Below are positions 15,668-20,000 of a stretch of 20,000 bases of DNA, in pieces. The DNA lies in the IMG/VR virus record IMGVR_UViG_3300048590_001227; one strand, 5' to 3'. Each line of letters opens with the position of its first letter. Position 1 is the first letter of the stretch. This stretch comes from an uncultured virus (IMG/VR IMGVR_UViG_3300048590_001227). Taxonomy: Duplodnaviria > Heunggongvirae > Uroviricota > Caudoviricetes. Position numbers and translations under genes: made by a program. A model generated the notes under the pieces. It searched no databases. It was not told where the DNA came from and was given only the letters and a program-made list of their open reading frames with translations.

Positions 15668-15976
15668 TCACCTGCTCGTTTGGTCCTTCGACTTCAACAG
15701 TGTCAGATCCTGCTTTAGCCTTTCATTTTCCTTTGAAAGCTTCTTACACGTGGAATAGAGATTATAAACTAATCCAAAAACAAAGACCAAGTGTAGGGCA
15801 TCCCAATCAGAAAACTTGCCTTCTGAAATCCTGCCGCCCCAAACAGCACCGGTGCTCATGATCGCAACCAAGAGCAGAATCTTAGTGTTATATCTGTCCC
15901 AGACCGAAGGGTTAGCCATGATGCCCGTCCGTAAAAGTTCATAAACTGCGCCGATATGTATCTCGTGCTGTCTCAT
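15668..15976 (-). CDS. Small two-TM membrane protein with coiled-coil tail
   Basis: Two hydrophobic segments, then KKLSKENERLKQDLTLLK. The start could be ATG 15919. Confidence 0.55.
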   Translation of the reverse strand: MRQHEIHIGAVYELLRTGIMANPSVWDRYNTKILLLVAIMSTGAVWGGRISEGKFSDWDALHLVFVFGLVYNLYSTCKKLSKENERLKQDLTLLKSKDQTSR

Positions 15977-16137
15977 TAGGCAAGCAATAACTTACCCTCC
16001 TGCGAGCCTGAGAACGAAACCAACAGTATAGACCCTGTTTCCATTTGACTCTTAAATACCTATGTCATAAATATCAGCCGCGCCCTTGTGTTAAATGGAC
16101 GTATTTTGATCTAGCTAACCGATTAAGGGATGCTTTA

Positions 16138-18549
16138 ATGATTAGAGTGTTAAGAATCGCTATTGCCACAGCCTATCTCCTCCTCACGGCCTGTGGTCCT
16201 TCCAATCCGCAATCAAGTTCAATTAAGGCGATTGTTGGTCCAGACGATAGACAAGTGGTCAGTGATGAGCGCGTTGGAGTGCTATTTAATGTCGATACCG
16301 AAGGTGGAAGGCTTCCTTGGTGTACAGTATTTGCGGTTGGGGAAGTTGAGCTTATCACTGCATCTCACTGCATTCCCTCACTCAATTTGAATTATGCCGC
16401 CCAGTTTGGGGAGGACTCCTTTACAATTGCAGGCATCAAGAAAATCGAAAGCGCAGATATTGCCCGCCTTACAGTGAAAGAGAGCATCCCCGCTCAGTAT
16501 ATTCTGGCGATCAGCAGTTCAGAGGACGATACCAGATCTGCCTCTGATGCGGAATTCACATTGACGGCCTTTGATCCTAGAATGGGCAAGTTTGTTAAGA
16601 GTGAGAATGGCAAATTATTTCCTGCGACTGGGTTAACTGGAGATGCGCTTGATGGCGTGTATTTCCATGATCTCGATACCCTTCCAGGTTCATCTGGAGC
16701 CCCTATTTTAAGGGATGGCGAAGTTGTAGCGGTTCATGTTGCATCTAAAGCTTCAATACGTGAGGGTATCTCGTCGCCCTTAAATATCGCTGTTTCGATT
16801 AATGGAATTGAGGCTGCCAACGTCACTAGCCTTTACTCTGAGAATGTTATTGTTGAGGGTGTGGTAGAGGAACTGAAGGCAGCCTATGACTTTGTGAAGT
16901 CAGTTTTCCCAGAAGCCACTAAGAAGGTTGAAGAAGCAATCGCAAAGCTCCCCCCTGACAAATATAAGCTTCTGGTGACCGGTCTGGCAAAGGTGGGTGG
17001 TACCGGCAAACTGATTGGAGACTTTTTTGATTTGGAGCCTATTTACGGCCCTAAATATGACATCGTCCAGAATCCATTAGCAGCGAGCCACGCAAGAAAT
17101 AGTATAACTTACAAAGGCTTTAGATTGGGCAACAATAGCTTCGATCCAAATAGCCCTTGTGCTGATAGACTGGCAGCAACAACCAATCTAACGGAAAACC
17201 GTGCGCATGTTTTTGTGAAATTTTCGAGTGTCCAGCCGGGCGCGGTAATACCTAAACCGATTAAGTATACGGTGAAACTAAACGGCCTTTGCGGCCTTCA
17301 GAATGAAGGTAAGATGCGTGTGCTTGAGCGTAAGGGCGGGTCTACTTACAAGGTAGAAGCTGAGGCACCCATACCTACTGATTGGCAGAGTATTGGCTAC
17401 GGCCGTTATAGTTTTTCGACTTACTCTGAGCAAATCGCCATAGAGTTTGGTGCAGGTGTTGTACCTGAAAACGGCGATTCTGATGACTTCCTTGTTGAAA
17501 ATGTTGTAATTGAGGTTGAAGGGGGATTGCAAGCACAGGCCGAAAATTCAAAGATTTGTAAAACAGAACTTTTTAGAGGCGCTGGATATACAGATAAATG
17601 TTGGGGCATGGACAACGATTTCTCTAATGATTGGTGGCTTGACCGTCGTGATCGTGGTCCTGGAAGCGGTAGTTACCTCTGTGGTAGATCGGACGAGATT
17701 CGATCCATGAGGAACTCGTGTGGGCTGCCTGCATCTGTATGTGATGCTGATGGCTACTGTGCCTATGCTGTTGACGGCTCGTTCTTTGACTTTTCCGGTT
17801 TGGGACTGAAGAAGATAGTAGCCCTTAGAGTCGCTGCTCGACCGGTAAAAGTTCTCAATGACTTTGGAATAACAAAATGCAGTCAACTGACCAATAGTTG
17901 CCCAGCGGAGCTGCAGGGTGAAAGAATGGGGGGATCAAAAGTTGTGTCAGACCCGATGACTCGGGTCGATGCTCAGGTGATGCTGATTATTGCCGGTATT
18001 GCCAACTCCTATAAAGACAAGTTTGGTCGATACCCCGATAGAACAGAAATGGAGCAATTACTTGCTAGGTTGGCATCTGGTACCGTAGATTTGAATACGT
18101 TGCTGACAGGTCAAGCCACGCCTTCTCTAGCAGGGAATATTATTGTGTCCCGAAAAGGCGAGCAGATGTGCATGGATTGGGACTATGCTAACAATAGCGG
18201 CATCGCGCACAATCGAAACGTTGTTATATCTCAATGTCACGGGGGTTCGAACCAAAAATGGAACTGGGATGGCGAGCTGATTAGGTCATCGCATGATAAT
18301 ACAAAGTGCATGGATTGGGACTATGCCAATAGCTCAAATATAGCACACAATCGGAATGTTGTTGTGTTTGACTGCCACGGCGGAAGCAATCAAAGATGGT
18401 TTAGAGATGGGGAATTGATCAGGTCAAGACATGACAGCACCAAATGCCTGGATTGGGATTATGCAAACTCATCTGGCACTGCGACGGGAGATAACTTAGT
18501 GGTCTTTGATTGTCATGGCGCTGTAAACCAACAATGGACCTGGAAATAA
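16138..18549 (+). CDS. Lipoprotein: trypsin-like (S1) serine protease, central domains and C-terminal ricin-B lectin
   Basis: Likely start ATG 16138 with lipobox LLTAC. Catalytic triad motifs TASHC, ADIA and DTLPGSSGAP. Three QxW-containing 46-aa repeats at the C-terminus. Confidence 0.9.
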   Translation: MIRVLRIAIATAYLLLTACGPSNPQSSSIKAIVGPDDRQVVSDERVGVLFNVDTEGGRLPWCTVFAVGEVELITASHCIPSLNLNYAAQFGEDSFTIAGIKKIESADIARLTVKESIPAQYILAISSSEDDTRSASDAEFTLTAFDPRMGKFVKSENGKLFPATGLTGDALDGVYFHDLDTLPGSSGAPILRDGEVVAVHVASKASIREGISSPLNIAVSINGIEAANVTSLYSENVIVEGVVEELKAAYDFVKSVFPEATKKVEEAIAKLPPDKYKLLVTGLAKVGGTGKLIGDFFDLEPIYGPKYDIVQNPLAASHARNSITYKGFRLGNNSFDPNSPCADRLAATTNLTENRAHVFVKFSSVQPGAVIPKPIKYTVKLNGLCGLQNEGKMRVLERKGGSTYKVEAEAPIPTDWQSIGYGRYSFSTYSEQIAIEFGAGVVPENGDSDDFLVENVVIEVEGGLQAQAENSKICKTELFRGAGYTDKCWGMDNDFSNDWWLDRRDRGPGSGSYLCGRSDEIRSMRNSCGLPASVCDADGYCAYAVDGSFFDFSGLGLKKIVALRVAARPVKVLNDFGITKCSQLTNSCPAELQGERMGGSKVVSDPMTRVDAQVMLIIAGIANSYKDKFGRYPDRTEMEQLLARLASGTVDLNTLLTGQATPSLAGNIIVSRKGEQMCMDWDYANNSGIAHNRNVVISQCHGGSNQKWNWDGELIRSSHDNTKCMDWDYANSSNIAHNRNVVVFDCHGGSNQRWFRDGELIRSRHDSTKCLDWDYANSSGTATGDNLVVFDCHGAVNQQWTWK
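18167..18546 (+). repeat. Three intragenic 138-bp repeats encoding ricin-B subdomains
   Basis: C(M/L)DWDYAN...CHG..NQ.W x3 with a 46-codon period. Confidence 0.85.
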
Positions 18550-18568
18550 AAATTAGCGCTCGCAATTT

Positions 18569-18602
18569 AACCCCAGACCAGCCATCTGGGGTTTTACTTT
18601 TC
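18569..18602 (+). terminator. Rho-independent terminator
   Basis: AACCCCAGA-7 nt loop-TCTGGGGTT followed by TTACTTTT, 20 nt after the stop. Confidence 0.8.
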
Positions 18603-18704
18603 AACCTCAATCGGCGTCGGCTTCAACTTCTACGGCGCACAGCTCGAGAGCCATGCATTTGTGAGCGGTCAGACTTAAAAGCCACCTCACCCCACACACA
18701 GCAA

Positions 18705-18890
18705 AAAGTAATGATTCGGTAAGCGTGATAATAACGCCCTTTTTATGAAAGCTCTCTTCGAAAATAAGTACCAGGTTATGAAAGTGGCGCTCTAAAGGTA
18801 GCAAAACTGCTCGACCCGGAAGAAAGTAATGATTGGGTAAGCATGAAAATGGCTACAAATATTTAAGACGCGCTTTGAAAATGACTACAG
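18705..18890. repeat. Imperfect non-coding direct repeat, about 118-bp period, two copies
   Basis: AAAGTAATGATTcGGTAAGCgTGAtAAT (18705) versus AAAGTAATGATTgGGTAAGCaTGAaAAT (18823) is 25/28 identical. A second block, 18756-18771 versus 18873-18888, is 13/16 identical. Confidence 0.7.
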
Positions 18891-18995
18891 CTATGTGAGC
18901 AGACCGCGCACTTCTATGGTCTCACTCGACCTTCGCTCGCTGCGACTCCACGACAGACCGTACATCGTCTACGCTGCGACCCGCAAACTTTCACA

Positions 18996-19271
18996 TCAAA
19001 CATTACGTGGTTTTTGAATCGAATGTTCATCAATGCCGATCGCAGCAGGCAAGGGATACGGCCTTTTTCGCTGATTGAGTTCGAGCTGGGAATAGGTTGC
19101 CTTATAAAACGTATCCGCTGAGCATCGATGAGTCCTCTGCACCGACTTCAGGTCTGAATAAAGCTCGGCAGCACGGCAAACACTGGTCTGAAATTTATGA
19201 GTTGTACGCCTGCCCTTGCCGATCCCCTGCACCGGTTCCATAAATGGTCTTCTGCAGGAAAGGACACACAT
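18996..19271 (-). pseudogene. ISL3-family transposase fragment
   Basis: CRRPFMEPVQGIGKGRRTTHKF...AIGIDEHS covers the zinc-finger end, the HTH region and the GIDE first catalytic Asp typical of ISL3. Truncated at both ends. Confidence 0.8.
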
Positions 19272-19427
19272 TCACTCTATCAAAATAAGTAATGAACATA
19301 CAGCAGATGAATGCCAAAGGAGGGTGTAGTCATTGCCGTTGGAAGCGGTTGAGAGAATTGAATGCCTGAGTCTCGTATGACCCAAGCAAATAATTGTGTC
19401 GCAGACTATTATACTGGAACTAAAGGT

Positions 19428-19853
19428 TTAACTATTAGAGTATCGAGCTTTGCATTCCTGATAGAGCTTCTTGCGAACAAATTCGGAATCAAGCCTTTCA
19501 TATGCACGAATGAAGTCAATTAAGTCATCTGGCAAGTCAAATCTATAACGATCAAAACCGGATGATGCTATGTTTTGCAATATCTTCAAGCAATCCATAA
19601 CATCGGCGCTTTGTTCGAATTGCAGAGTAGCCAGCTCCTGGCAATACCTATTCTTCAGCTCAAGAAAGTAGTTTAGACATTGTCCACTCAATAGAACTTC
19701 AAAATGGTAAGGTTCATTCCTCTTATCATCGAGGCTGAGATTTTTGACTCCAATATTGAGATCTAACTCGATCCGACGAACACGCTGGTGACCTCTCTCA
19801 CAAAAAGACGAGTAAATAAGCTCCAGTGCTTCTTTGCAAGGTACATTCAACAT
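19428..19853 (-). CDS. Hypothetical protein (141 aa)
   Basis: GAGGTG RBS before ATG 19853; AT-rich; no recognised motif. Confidence 0.65.
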   Translation of the reverse strand: MLNVPCKEALELIYSSFCERGHQRVRRIELDLNIGVKNLSLDDKRNEPYHFEVLLSGQCLNYFLELKNRYCQELATLQFEQSADVMDCLKILQNIASSGFDRYRFDLPDDLIDFIRAYERLDSEFVRKKLYQECKARYSNS

Positions 19854-20000
19854 ATTATGTCACCTCTTTATGGCTTTAAGTGGAGCCTATTGAATCCTGC
19901 TTCAGCGGCTTGCAAAGCAAAGAATCCATTGGGACGCAGCCTGCCGTAATAGGGCTATGTTTTGCCTTGGCCTGAAGTAATCCGCGAAAATCGGAAACCT

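Noticed and set aside
18167..18546. DGR template/variable repeat or CRISPR-like repeats
   Set aside because: The repeats are in-frame ricin-B subdomains with many synonymous differences, and no reverse transcriptase is present in the window.
18705..18890. CRISPR array
   Set aside because: Only two copies, the spacing (about 90 nt) is too long, similarity extends into the would-be spacer, and there are no cas genes.

Overview
Entirely accessory DNA with no recognisable housekeeping gene. It appears to be a tandem array of decayed integrative elements anchored at a tRNA-fMet. A 3' tRNA-Met(CAT) fragment at 14922-14967 (att-like) splits the window. Left of it: two ribbon-helix-helix (RHH)-like regulators, two paralogous ORF6N/antirepressor-like proteins, a Rep-like gene with an AT-rich tract, a serine-resolvase remnant, a putAbiC-like membrane protein, a structured non-coding segment, a DUF2829/Tad2-like protein, an orphan phage virion-like protein, an AT-rich two-gene candidate defence module (OB-fold protein plus ART-like protein), a CPBP protease, an SSB-like/FtsK-like module split at an A_AAA_AAG slippery site, and a GNAT. 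Right of it: a broken tyrosine integrase, a large trypsin/ricin-lectin lipoprotein, a 118-bp-period repeat and an ISL3 fragment. Several element control genes are preceded by sigma28 (FliA)-type promoter motifs. A Bdellovibrionota/Oligoflexia-like host is only a guess from gene style. All family calls come from motifs recognised by eye, not database searches.
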